Notes under the pieces: model-generated
Database searches by the model: none
What the model saw: only the letters and a program-made list of their open reading frames with translations
Told to the model about the DNA's origin: nothing
Position numbers and translations under genes: made by a program
Assembly: GCA_016875755.1 (NCBI GenBank)
Contig: VGOX01000001.1
Coordinates: forward strand, 1 to 41,691
Direction: 5' to 3'
DNA: 41,691 nt
DNA from: Chloroflexota bacterium
Lineage (GTDB): Bacteria > Chloroflexota > Anaerolineae > Anaerolineales > Villigracilaceae
Shown here: in pieces, positions 26,921 to 35,508 of the stretch
How positions within the stretch are numbered: position 1 is the stretch's first letter
How the letters are laid out: each line of letters begins with the position of its first letter

Positions 26921-27685
26921 ATGCTCCTCACTATTGATATTGGCAACACCAACCTCACGCTCGGCTTATACGAAGGTGATAAACTCGGCGCACATTGGCG
27001 TCTCGCCACCGACCACAACCGCATGCCCGATGAATACGGCTTGCAGTTGCTCGGTCTATTGCAGAATGCAGGCAAAACATTGGGGGATATCAAAGGCATT
27101 TCGCTCGCATCCGTTGTCCCGCCGTTGACGGGGCGTGTGGTGCAAGCCTGTCGCGAATATCTCAAACAGGAACCACTTGTGGTGGATGCGGGCATTAAGA
27201 CGGGCATCAAGATCCGCTATGAAGACCCGAAAGCCGTCGGTGCAGACCGCGTGTGCGATGCTGTCGCGGTGATGAAACTCTACGGTGGTCCCGCCTGTGT
27301 CGTGGACTTTGGTACGGCAACCACTTTCAATGCTGTCACCAAAGACGGCGAATATCTCGGCGGGGCAATCACCGCAGGCATCAACCTCGCCGCCGAAGCG
27401 CTCTACACACGCGCCGCGAAACTTCCGCGCATTGATTTGCAAGTGCCGCCCTCCGTCATCGGGCGCAACACTGTCCATGCGATGCAATCGGGGCTGCTGT
27501 TTGGATATGTGAGTATGGTTGAGGGCATGGTGGCAAGATTCAGGTCTGAACTGGGAAGCGACATGAAAGTCGTTACCACCGGCGGGCTGGCGGAAGTTGT
27601 CGCCAAAGAGACGAAGGTCATCAATGTCATCGCCCCGTGGCTGACACTCGAGGGTTTGCGCATCATCTGGGAACTTAATCGCTAA
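26921..27685 (+). CDS. coaX: Type III pantothenate kinase
   Basis: Motifs IDIGNT, SVVP, GADR, VDFGTATT and TTGG. Confidence 0.95.
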   Translation: MLLTIDIGNTNLTLGLYEGDKLGAHWRLATDHNRMPDEYGLQLLGLLQNAGKTLGDIKGISLASVVPPLTGRVVQACREYLKQEPLVVDAGIKTGIKIRYEDPKAVGADRVCDAVAVMKLYGGPACVVDFGTATTFNAVTKDGEYLGGAITAGINLAAEALYTRAAKLPRIDLQVPPSVIGRNTVHAMQSGLLFGYVSMVEGMVARFRSELGSDMKVVTTGGLAEVVAKETKVINVIAPWLTLEGLRIIWELNR

Positions 27686-28586
27686 AACGCAAGAGGAGCA
27701 CGCTGACCAGCACGAACAGGCTGCCGATCAACTGCGCGCCCGTCAGCACTTCGCTCAGGAAAAGATACGCCCACACAGCAGTGAATGCAGGTTCGAGGGT
27801 GGCGATCAGGTTTGCCGTGGTGGGGGAAAGATAGCGGATACTCAACGAGTACAGCCCAAACCCGCCCAGGGTGGGAACCACGCCAAGAAAGAACAAAATG
27901 CCCCAGCCCGAAATTGAATCTCCGAGCCAAAGCATATCGGCAAACAGCGGTTTGTGGGTAATGAACAAGTCACTCCCGATATTGAAGAAAAATAAAAATA
28001 CGGTCGCCCACGCAAAACTGTAGAGCAACGCCGTCCATGAGTCGATGTGCCTGTCTGCGGCGGCTTTGCCTTGCAGGTTGTAGACGGCGAACATCAACCC
28101 CGTTAACAGCCCAAAGATGATTCCCAGCGGGTTGAGCTTCCATGTTGCGATGTCATATGCGCCCGAAACGAAAATGATTCCCGCAATACTCAATAAAATG
28201 GAGAGAATCTTGATGCCGCTGAACGTTTCTTTGTGGATAATGCGGCTCAGGAGCGCAGTCATTGCAGGCGAGGAAAATGCCATTACTGTAGCAACAGCCG
28301 CCCCGTTGTATTGAACCGAAAGCGTCCACATCGAATTGAACAGTGCAACGACCAATCCATATACGATCATGAAATTCCAGTGCGTGCGGTCGAGATGCAA
28401 AAGACGGCGGCTGAAGATCAGCAGCCCCGCCAGCATTCCGAACGAAACAAACAAGTCGCGCCAGAATGCCAGCACCAGCGAAGGCAGTTGGTAGGTGATG
28501 TTGAGATAGCTGATGAAAATGGCGGTGGTGGACCAGATGATGGTTGCTGTAAGCGCGATGATGAATCCGCGAGGTTTTTTTGTCAT
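27675..28586 (-). CDS. DMT/EamA family transporter
   Basis: About 10 TM helices, repeated EamA pattern, ATLEP. Confidence 0.88.
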   Translation of the reverse strand: MTKKPRGFIIALTATIIWSTTAIFISYLNITYQLPSLVLAFWRDLFVSFGMLAGLLIFSRRLLHLDRTHWNFMIVYGLVVALFNSMWTLSVQYNGAAVATVMAFSSPAMTALLSRIIHKETFSGIKILSILLSIAGIIFVSGAYDIATWKLNPLGIIFGLLTGLMFAVYNLQGKAAADRHIDSWTALLYSFAWATVFLFFFNIGSDLFITHKPLFADMLWLGDSISGWGILFFLGVVPTLGGFGLYSLSIRYLSPTTANLIATLEPAFTAVWAYLFLSEVLTGAQLIGSLFVLVSVLLLRFSD

Positions 28587-28597
28587 TGGTTCTCCAA

Positions 28598-28630
28598 AAA
28601 AGACAGTGCCATGTAAGGTGACTGTCTTTT
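28598..28630. repeat. Palindromic intergenic element (GACAG..GTGACTGTC family), copy 2
   Basis: AAAAGACAGT-GCCATGTAAGGTG-ACTGTCTTTT. Confidence 0.55.
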
Positions 28631-28663
28631 GGTGTGCATCTCAATGGGTGAGTAGGGCTTGAT

Positions 28664-28691
28664 AAAACAAAACCGCCTCTTGCGAAGCGGT
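28664..28691 (-). terminator. Terminator after tRNA-Glu
   Basis: ACCGCTTC-GCAA-GAGGCGGT followed by TTTGTTTT. Confidence 0.75.
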
Positions 28692-28697
28692 CATTTG

Positions 28698-28770
28698 TGC
28701 CCCCACGGGAATTCGAATCCCGGTTTAAGCCTTGAGAGGGCTTCGTCCTGGGCCACTAGACGATGGGGGC
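28698..28770 (-). tRNA. tRNA-Glu (CTC)
   Basis: Cloverleaf GCCCCCA..TGGGGGC; anticodon arm AAGCC-CTCTCAA-GGCTT; TTCGAAT T-loop; CCA not encoded. Confidence 0.95.
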
Positions 28771-28783
28771 TTGAGCGGGCTGT

Positions 28784-28812
28784 ATTCTATCACCGCGAAT
28801 TTGAAACGTCAA
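28784..28812 (-). promoter_or_regulatory. Sigma70 promoter for tRNA-Glu, overlapping the lutBC 3' end
   Basis: TTGACG-17 bp-TAGAAT. Confidence 0.7.
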
Positions 28813-30772
28813 CAAAAACATGAAGCTCCTTCGGTCCATGCACGCCGATGGTCAGTGTCATTTCGATGTCAGCAGTGCGTGAAGGTCCCGTGATGAAGAC
28901 GGCATTTTTATTTTGGATCAACGGCATCGCATCGGGCAGGGATGGCAGGATGTCACTGGATTTTAAGACTGCGATGTGGATTTCGGGCAGCAGCGAGCCC
29001 AGCAGTTCTTCATCCGCTTCGAGGATCGACCCCGTATCTGCCAGCCCAACCCGAGCCTTTGTCACGCCGACGGTGATTCCAGGGTCGGCTTCATAGGTGA
29101 CGTCAATGCCCGCGTTGCGCAAGAGAGTTTCATCAAGGACGCTGGGTTGCAGGTGGATTTTAGTACTGTCTCTCGATACGAGATATTCGATAATCGATTG
29201 GGTGACGTTATCCGTTTGGTAGACGTTGCCAGAGAGGGCGACGAGTTCAGTGATGAATTGTTCTTGCAAGTTGACAGGTTTGAAGGTTGAAACGTTGGGA
29301 GGTTGTTGATCATTATCGGGTACATTTTGCCGCTCGACTTTCCTATTCACCATTTCCGACTTCCCATTCCCGAATCTCTCGCGAAACGTCTTCCCCGCGA
29401 ATCGTGGCAGATCTTTGCTGTAACCCCATCCTGTGAATGCGGGCAGACGCATCCACTGCGAGCGAGGGGAGAGGATGAAACTTCCAAAGGAGGCAAATTT
29501 TTGAGAGAGGGCAAACAGCTTCGGCTGAGTCGCGAGGCGGGCGAATGCCTTCAAAAAAAACCTCGTTGACCACATCAATCCTGCTCCATCGTCCATCGTC
29601 TGGCGTCCATCGTCTTTGAGGCTTTGCCCCGCCCGCACACGAGTCAACAGCTTCGGCAGATCAATATCCACGGGACAGGCGTCTTTGCACGCGCCGCACA
29701 GGGACGAGGCTTGTGCGAGTTGGACGTAGTTTTCGCCGAGCAAGCCAGGGGAGATGACGCTGCCGATCGGACCAGGGTATGGCGCGATGGAGAGGTCGCG
29801 CCCGATATAGGCGTGACCGCTCAGTTCACGGAAGATGGGGCAGGCGTTAAGGCACGCGCCGCAGCGGATGCAGTAGAGCGATTCTTTGAGCGGCGAGTTG
29901 CGCAGTTTGCTGCGTCCGTTGTCGAGGATGATGAGGTGGCGGGTTTGGTTTGGTTGCGGGGTGTGCAACAGTTGGGTATAGACGGTGAGTTTTTGCCCTG
30001 TGGCAGAACGCGGCAGAAGTGAGAGCATCAGCGCAAGGTCATTGAGGTTGGGGACGAGACGTTCCATGCCCATCAGTGCGATGTGCGTTTTTGGCAGGGT
30101 GGTGACCATGCGCCCGTTGCCTTCATTAGTGACGATGCAGACCGCGCCCGTTTCTGCCACGCCAAAGTTGACGCCGCTCAAGCCGATGTCGGCGGTGAGA
30201 AAGACTTCGCGCAGAACGTTGCGGGCGGTGGCGGTGAGGGTTGGGATGTCTTCGGTGTAGGGGATGCCAAGTTTTTCGTGAAAGAGTTGCGCGACTTGTT
30301 CTTTTTTGAGGTGCGCGGCGGGGGTGATGATGTGACTCGGTTTTTCTTTGCGCAGTTGCACAATGTATTCGCCGAGGTCGGTTTCGACGACGTTGATGCC
30401 GTGTTTTTCGAGATGATGGTTCAGTTCGATCTCTTCGCTGACCATGCTTTTGGATTTGGCGATGAGCGGTTTTCGAGATTCGATATTCGAAATTCGTAAT
30501 ACGATCTCGATGGCTTCGTTGGCATCTTTGGCGCGGTGGACGATGACGCCGTTGGCTTCGTTCTTGGCGATGAATTGGTGTAGGTATTCGTCGAGATGTT
30601 CGATCACATCCGCCCGGATGTTGTGCGCGCGTTGACGCCGCTCGCGCCAGTCGGGAATCGATTCAAATGCGGCGGCGCGCCCTTTCAGGCGGCGCTCGGT
30701 GTTGGCATCTAACGCGGCTTGAAGAGTTTGGTTATTAATCGATTCAACGATTCTTTGACGGAATGTACCCAT
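28790..30772 (-). CDS. lutB: LutB-LutC fusion (lactate utilisation Fe-S protein plus a C-terminal LUD domain)
   Basis: KSKSMVSEE, ETDLGEYI, NEGNGR, CIRCGACLNACP and SLCGAC..ACPV, then LutC-like ITGPSRTADIE..L..GVHGP. Confidence 0.9.
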   Translation of the reverse strand: MGTFRQRIVESINNQTLQAALDANTERRLKGRAAAFESIPDWRERRQRAHNIRADVIEHLDEYLHQFIAKNEANGVIVHRAKDANEAIEIVLRISNIESRKPLIAKSKSMVSEEIELNHHLEKHGINVVETDLGEYIVQLRKEKPSHIITPAAHLKKEQVAQLFHEKLGIPYTEDIPTLTATARNVLREVFLTADIGLSGVNFGVAETGAVCIVTNEGNGRMVTTLPKTHIALMGMERLVPNLNDLALMLSLLPRSATGQKLTVYTQLLHTPQPNQTRHLIILDNGRSKLRNSPLKESLYCIRCGACLNACPIFRELSGHAYIGRDLSIAPYPGPIGSVISPGLLGENYVQLAQASSLCGACKDACPVDIDLPKLLTRVRAGQSLKDDGRQTMDDGAGLMWSTRFFLKAFARLATQPKLFALSQKFASFGSFILSPRSQWMRLPAFTGWGYSKDLPRFAGKTFRERFGNGKSEMVNRKVERQNVPDNDQQPPNVSTFKPVNLQEQFITELVALSGNVYQTDNVTQSIIEYLVSRDSTKIHLQPSVLDETLLRNAGIDVTYEADPGITVGVTKARVGLADTGSILEADEELLGSLLPEIHIAVLKSSDILPSLPDAMPLIQNKNAVFITGPSRTADIEMTLTIGVHGPKELHVFVDVSNSR

Positions 30773-31266
30773 GATGTTTCCTGTTGAATTTTCTGTCTTG
30801 CGTTCTCGTCGCCCCAGCGCTGACGTTTTTCCATCATGCCTTCGGCGGTCTCTTTGCGCATTTCATTGATAACCCGCATCGCTTCGTCCCGCTCCATGCC
30901 GCGCCAGCGCAGCAAACCATACGCCACTGTGCCCGTTCTGTGAATCCCAGCCGAGCAATGGATGAACAGGGAGTTGCCTTCATCCAGCAGTTGCGAGAGG
31001 TGTGGCATGGCATTCAATAAACGTTCATGTACCTCACCTTGAGGATAATTCCCATTCGGCACGGGAACCCACACCCACTCCAAGCCCGCGTTCTTGGTCT
31101 GGTTGCCGATCTTTTGCGCGAACTCGCTTTCTTTTAGCAGGGTCACCACATGCGTGCAGCCCAACTCGCGCAAGAGTTTGAAATCCCTGCCGCCAGGGCG
31201 GTGGTTGAGCGCCAGTCTCCCCTTGCCAACTTTGACGAAGTGATATTCTGAACTTTCCCTGGACAT
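30709..31266 (-). CDS. Dual-specificity/tyrosine phosphatase family protein
   Basis: HCSAGIHRTG catalytic loop (CX5R) and VVTLL. Confidence 0.87.
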   Translation of the reverse strand: MSRESSEYHFVKVGKGRLALNHRPGGRDFKLLRELGCTHVVTLLKESEFAQKIGNQTKNAGLEWVWVPVPNGNYPQGEVHERLLNAMPHLSQLLDEGNSLFIHCSAGIHRTGTVAYGLLRWRGMERDEAMRVINEMRKETAEGMMEKRQRWGDENARQKIQQETSWVHSVKESLNRLITKLFKPR

Positions 31267-31268
31267 GT

Positions 31269-31982
31269 TTATTTCACAGCTTTGACACCGAGATACAATC
31301 CTCGACCATTTAGACCTTTAGAGTCGTAAACAGTTATCAGTCCAGCAGAATGAAAGGCGTCAAGGTAATCTTTCTCTGAAAATAGACCTAGTTCATGTCT
31401 CTCCGTGCTGTGTACAATTTTCTTCGATGTTCCGATCAAGTATTGAAATTCAATAATGGAAATGCTGCCCCTGCGTGAACTGCGACTAATGCGGACGATT
31501 TTCAAGTCATCATGATTTATGGAAATCAGGTTCACCCGCCCGACGGTCCATTGATCCTGTGAAAACCACGGCTCGACCAATAACACACCTCCCTGTGATA
31601 AATGGTCAGCCATGTTTTTGACGGCTTTTTGCAGGCGGGACTTTGTCCTGACATAACCGATGGAACTGAAAAGACAGGTAATTACATCGAACTTGCGATG
31701 AAAGCTGAAATTAACCATGTCGCCGTATTGAAATTTTATCGACGAATACTTACTCTTGGCAACAGCTATCATTTTGGTATCCAGATCGATGCCTTCAACA
31801 TCATAATTCTGGTTTAAGTAATTTGCATGGGTACCCGTCCCGCAGGCAATATCGAGAAGTTTTCTCCCATTTGTTTTCTTGTGCTTCTGGATGAACTTGT
31901 TCGCTTTGGCAGCTTCACCCGCATAGTCTTTTTTCATGGAGGCATAGATTTCATCATAGTAGGTCGCCGTATTCGTAAACAT
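31269..31982 (-). CDS. Class I SAM-dependent methyltransferase (TylM1/DesVI-like N-methyltransferase)
   Basis: Motifs LLDIACGTG, GDM, FDVITCLFSSIGY and GGVLLVEPW. Start MFTNTA at 31982 after GAGGTG. Visibly AT-richer than its neighbours. Confidence 0.85.
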   Translation of the reverse strand: MFTNTATYYDEIYASMKKDYAGEAAKANKFIQKHKKTNGRKLLDIACGTGTHANYLNQNYDVEGIDLDTKMIAVAKSKYSSIKFQYGDMVNFSFHRKFDVITCLFSSIGYVRTKSRLQKAVKNMADHLSQGGVLLVEPWFSQDQWTVGRVNLISINHDDLKIVRISRSSRRGSISIIEFQYLIGTSKKIVHSTERHELGLFSEKDYLDAFHSAGLITVYDSKGLNGRGLYLGVKAVK

Positions 31983-31984
31983 AT

Positions 31985-32710
31985 TCACCTCTGATTTAAA
32001 ACTTCCGCAATGTGGATGATTTGCCGCTTCTTTCCCAGCCGATGCAGTCCGCCCGCAATATGCATGAGACAACCCGCATCCGTCACCACCAATGTAGGCG
32101 ACTGACTCGCTTCGAGGTTGTATATCTTGCGCTTCAACCACTCTGCAGAGAGTTCAGGGTGTTCAACAGACATCACGCCGCCGAAGCCGCAGCACTCTTC
32201 AGCGTTTGGTAAATCCACCAGCGTTGCGCCGTGGACGTTTTGCAAAAGCATACGCGGTTGTCTGTCCACATGGATGCCGCGCAGGGTATGACAGGATGGG
32301 TGATAGGTGAGTAAACCGTCCCAGCGTGCGCCGAGGTCGGTGACGTGGAGCTTGTCCACGAGATATTCGGTAAATTCAAAGACGCGTCCCGCCAACGCCT
32401 TAGCACGCGGATGCCATTCTGCATCGCCTTCGAAGAGTTCCAAATAATTATGTCTGAAATGATGAGCGCACGACCCAGACGGTGTGACGATGTCTCCGCT
32501 TGTTTTTTCAAAAACCTTGATGGTATGTTGCGCGATGGCACGCGCATCTTTGCGGAGACCCGCATTGAATTGCGGCTGCCCGCAGCAGGTTTGGTCGGGG
32601 GCGAATTCCACATCCATGCCGAGGCGTTGAAGAATCTCCACGACGGCTTCACCAGTTTGGGGGAAGAATGAATCGGTCAGACAGGTAATGAAGAGTTGGA
32701 CGGGGGGCAT
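31985..32710 (-). CDS. lutA: LutA-type Fe-S protein with two CCG domains
   Basis: Motifs LFITC, QTCCGQP, SGSC, YHPSCH, ECCGFGG and D.GCLMHI. Confidence 0.92.
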   Translation of the reverse strand: MPPVQLFITCLTDSFFPQTGEAVVEILQRLGMDVEFAPDQTCCGQPQFNAGLRKDARAIAQHTIKVFEKTSGDIVTPSGSCAHHFRHNYLELFEGDAEWHPRAKALAGRVFEFTEYLVDKLHVTDLGARWDGLLTYHPSCHTLRGIHVDRQPRMLLQNVHGATLVDLPNAEECCGFGGVMSVEHPELSAEWLKRKIYNLEASQSPTLVVTDAGCLMHIAGGLHRLGKKRQIIHIAEVLNQR

Positions 32711-32727
32711 GGTCAGATTATACGACC

Positions 32728-32766
32728 AAAAAAAATCCCCCGAAGAAAAATTCTTCAGGTGATTTC
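32728..32766 (-). terminator. Terminator after leuS
   Basis: Imperfect stem AATCACCTGAAGAA/TTCTTCGGGGATT plus T-run. Confidence 0.6.
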
Positions 32767-32778
32767 ACTAGCTTATTA

Positions 32779-35283
32779 TCAAACTACCAAACTCACCAAC
32801 TTGCCCTTTGCGATGATGATCTTGCGCGGCTCTTTGCCCTCCAAGTATTTCTGGACAGTTTCAGATGCCATGACCGCAGCCTTGATGTCATCTTCGCTTG
32901 CGTCGGCAGCGATTTTGACGCGGTCGCGCACCTTGCCGTTGATCTGCACTGGCAGTTCGATGACATCATCCTTCGCGGCAGCTTCATCCACAGTGGGCCA
33001 CAACTGCTGGTGAATGGAATAGGGCTTGCCCAAATGCTCCGTCCACAACTCTTCGGAGATGTGCGGCGCGACAGGCGCCATCATCTTCAGGTAGATCTCC
33101 TGCGCTTCCTTCCATTCGTCCGTGCCAACTGCGCCTGCTTCATGCGCCTTGTACATTTCGTTCAGCAGTTCCATCAACGCGGAGACGATGGTGTTGAAGT
33201 CGAAATTCTCGAAGTCACGGGTCACGCGCTTCAAGGTCTGGTGAACCTTACGGCGTAGATTCTTTTTCACTTCGTCAGAAGCCGTTGGCGGCGAGGTCGG
33301 ATCCGTGAACAGAGTCCACACACGGCGGATCCAGCGCGCGCTTCCTTCGATGCCGTTTGAGTCCCATGGCGCACCCATTTCCCAGCGCGCAAAGAACATG
33401 ATGTACGCACGCACGGTGTCGGCGCCGTATTTGTCCACCAGAATATCAGGCGCAATGACATTGCCGCGGCTTTTGGACATCTTCTCGTTATCTTCACCCA
33501 GCACCATGCCCTGGTTGCGCAATTGCATCATCGGCTCGTTGCCTTTGGTAAAGCCCGCATCACGCAACGCCTTGTGGAAGAAGCGTGTGTACAGCAGGTG
33601 CATGGTGGCGTGTTCGATGCCGCCCGTATAGGTATCGACGGGCATCCAATAGTTGTACTCTGCATCATCGAAGGGTGCTTTGTCATACTTCGGCGACAGG
33701 TAACGCAGGTGATACCACGACGAGCACATGAATGTATCCATTGTGTCGGTCTCGCGGGTGGCGGGTCCGTTGCAGATGGGGCAGGTGGCATCCTTCCAGG
33801 TTGGGTGTAATTTCAACGGGCTTTCACCAGTCGGGCGCCATTCCACATCTTCGGGTAATTCCACGGGTAACTGCTCATCGGGGATGGGATTCCAGCCGTG
33901 CGTTTCACAATGCACCATCGGGATGGGCGCGCCCCAATACCGCTGGCGCGAGATCAACCAATCGCGGTAACGATAGTTGACCGATTCCTTGCCGATGCCT
34001 TTCCCAGCCAGCCAGTCAATGACCGCCGCAATGCCAGGGTTCTTGCGTCCCTTTTCGGTGTTGACTTTTGTGCCGTTGAACTGATCTGAGTTGACCATGA
34101 CGCCTGCGCCGATGTAAGCGTTTTCTAATTCATTCGCTTCTTCCTGACCCTCGGGCCTGATCACTTCGACGATGGGCAGGTCATACTTTTTGGCAAAAGC
34201 AAAGTCACGTTCGTCATGTGCAGGGACAGCCATGATCGCGCCCGTGCCATACGACATCAGCACATAATCCGCGATCCAGATCGGGATGCGTTGTCCATTG
34301 ACGGGGTTGATGGCGTAGCCGCCTGTAAACACGCCCGTCTTTTCCTTGTCCACTGCGCCGCGCTGAATGTCGGTCTGACGCGCCGCTTCGGCTTTGTATG
34401 CTTCCACAGCGGATTTCTGCTCGGGCGTGGTGATCTCGTCCAGCAGCGGATGTTCAGGTGCAAAGACCATGAAGGTTGCGCCCCACAGGGTATCTGGTCG
34501 GGTGGTGAAAACTTCAATGGTGTGGTTGCCAGTTTCCGTCTTGAAAAGAACCGAGGCGCCTTCACTACGGTCGATCCAGTTTGTTTGCAAGGTCTTCACA
34601 CGTTCGGGCCAATCCAATTCATCGAAGCGCAGCAATTCATCCGCATATTTGGTGGCTTTGAAGAACCACTGGTTCAAGTCCTTTTTGATGACGGGCGTGC
34701 CGCAGCGTTCGCAGTGACGGTCGTCACCCCAGACCTGTTCGCGTGCCAGTGTGGTATTGCAGTTCGGACACCAGTCCACAGGTGACATTTTGCGATACGC
34801 CAGCCCGTTCTTGTATAACTGGATGAAGAACCACTGTGTCCACTTGTAGTATTCGGGGTCACAGGAGATGGCTTCGCGCTCCCAATCGAACATCGCGCCC
34901 ATGCTGCGCAATTGTTTGCGCATGCGTTCGATGTTTTGGTAGGTGCGCTTCATCGGGTGGATGCCGTCCTTGATGGCGGCATTTTCCGCGGGCAGACCGA
35001 ACGCATCGAAGCCCATCGGGAAGAGCACGTTGTAGCCCTTCATACGCATGTAGCGCGCGCGCGAATCGGACGGGGTCTTGGCATACCAGTGACCGATATG
35101 TAGGTCACCGCTGGGGTAGGGCAGCATGGTCAGCGCGTAGTGCTTGGGGCGGCGCTCATCGATCACGGAGCGGTACAACTTGTCCGCATCCCATTTTGCC
35201 TGCCATTTTTGTTCGATGCTCTTCGGGTTATACGACATATCCTTCACGGGTTTTTCTTCCTTTTCTTTTTTCGTTTCAGCCAT
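32779..35283 (-). CDS. leuS: Leucine--tRNA ligase
   Basis: PYPSGDLHIGH (HIGH), FTTRPDT and GTGAIMAVPAHD (CP1 editing domain), KMSKS. Confidence 0.98.
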   Translation of the reverse strand: MAETKKEKEEKPVKDMSYNPKSIEQKWQAKWDADKLYRSVIDERRPKHYALTMLPYPSGDLHIGHWYAKTPSDSRARYMRMKGYNVLFPMGFDAFGLPAENAAIKDGIHPMKRTYQNIERMRKQLRSMGAMFDWEREAISCDPEYYKWTQWFFIQLYKNGLAYRKMSPVDWCPNCNTTLAREQVWGDDRHCERCGTPVIKKDLNQWFFKATKYADELLRFDELDWPERVKTLQTNWIDRSEGASVLFKTETGNHTIEVFTTRPDTLWGATFMVFAPEHPLLDEITTPEQKSAVEAYKAEAARQTDIQRGAVDKEKTGVFTGGYAINPVNGQRIPIWIADYVLMSYGTGAIMAVPAHDERDFAFAKKYDLPIVEVIRPEGQEEANELENAYIGAGVMVNSDQFNGTKVNTEKGRKNPGIAAVIDWLAGKGIGKESVNYRYRDWLISRQRYWGAPIPMVHCETHGWNPIPDEQLPVELPEDVEWRPTGESPLKLHPTWKDATCPICNGPATRETDTMDTFMCSSWYHLRYLSPKYDKAPFDDAEYNYWMPVDTYTGGIEHATMHLLYTRFFHKALRDAGFTKGNEPMMQLRNQGMVLGEDNEKMSKSRGNVIAPDILVDKYGADTVRAYIMFFARWEMGAPWDSNGIEGSARWIRRVWTLFTDPTSPPTASDEVKKNLRRKVHQTLKRVTRDFENFDFNTIVSALMELLNEMYKAHEAGAVGTDEWKEAQEIYLKMMAPVAPHISEELWTEHLGKPYSIHQQLWPTVDEAAAKDDVIELPVQINGKVRDRVKIAADASEDDIKAAVMASETVQKYLEGKEPRKIIIAKGKLVSLVV

Positions 35284-35325
35284 TCTTGCCTCTGGTAAGT
35301 TTCAGGTGTCAGGTGAGAGTACACC

Positions 35326-35427
35326 TTATTTGCAGTTCAAGGAATCAATAGGAAGACCCGCAAGCCTGCCCAGAGCCTCGTCGAAGGGTAGGGGACCCTG
35401 CTTCCAGAAATTTCGTTTGATGTTCAT
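35326..35427 (-). CDS. Putative 33-aa small protein between the T-box terminator and leuS
   Basis: AAAGGAGG-5 nt-ATG; MNIKRNFWKQGPLPFDEALGRLAGLPIDSLNCK*. Confidence 0.45.
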   Translation of the reverse strand: MNIKRNFWKQGPLPFDEALGRLAGLPIDSLNCK

Positions 35428-35508
35428 GCGTGCCTCCTTTCAAGTTCGGACGATGGACGATAGAAGGTTGTGCATCGTCAATGGTCTATCGTTCATGGTC
35501 TTAAGAAC

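Noticed and set aside
31983-32141. Extended N-terminus of the methyltransferase
   Set aside because: It overlaps lutA in another frame, and an SD sits before ATG 31982.
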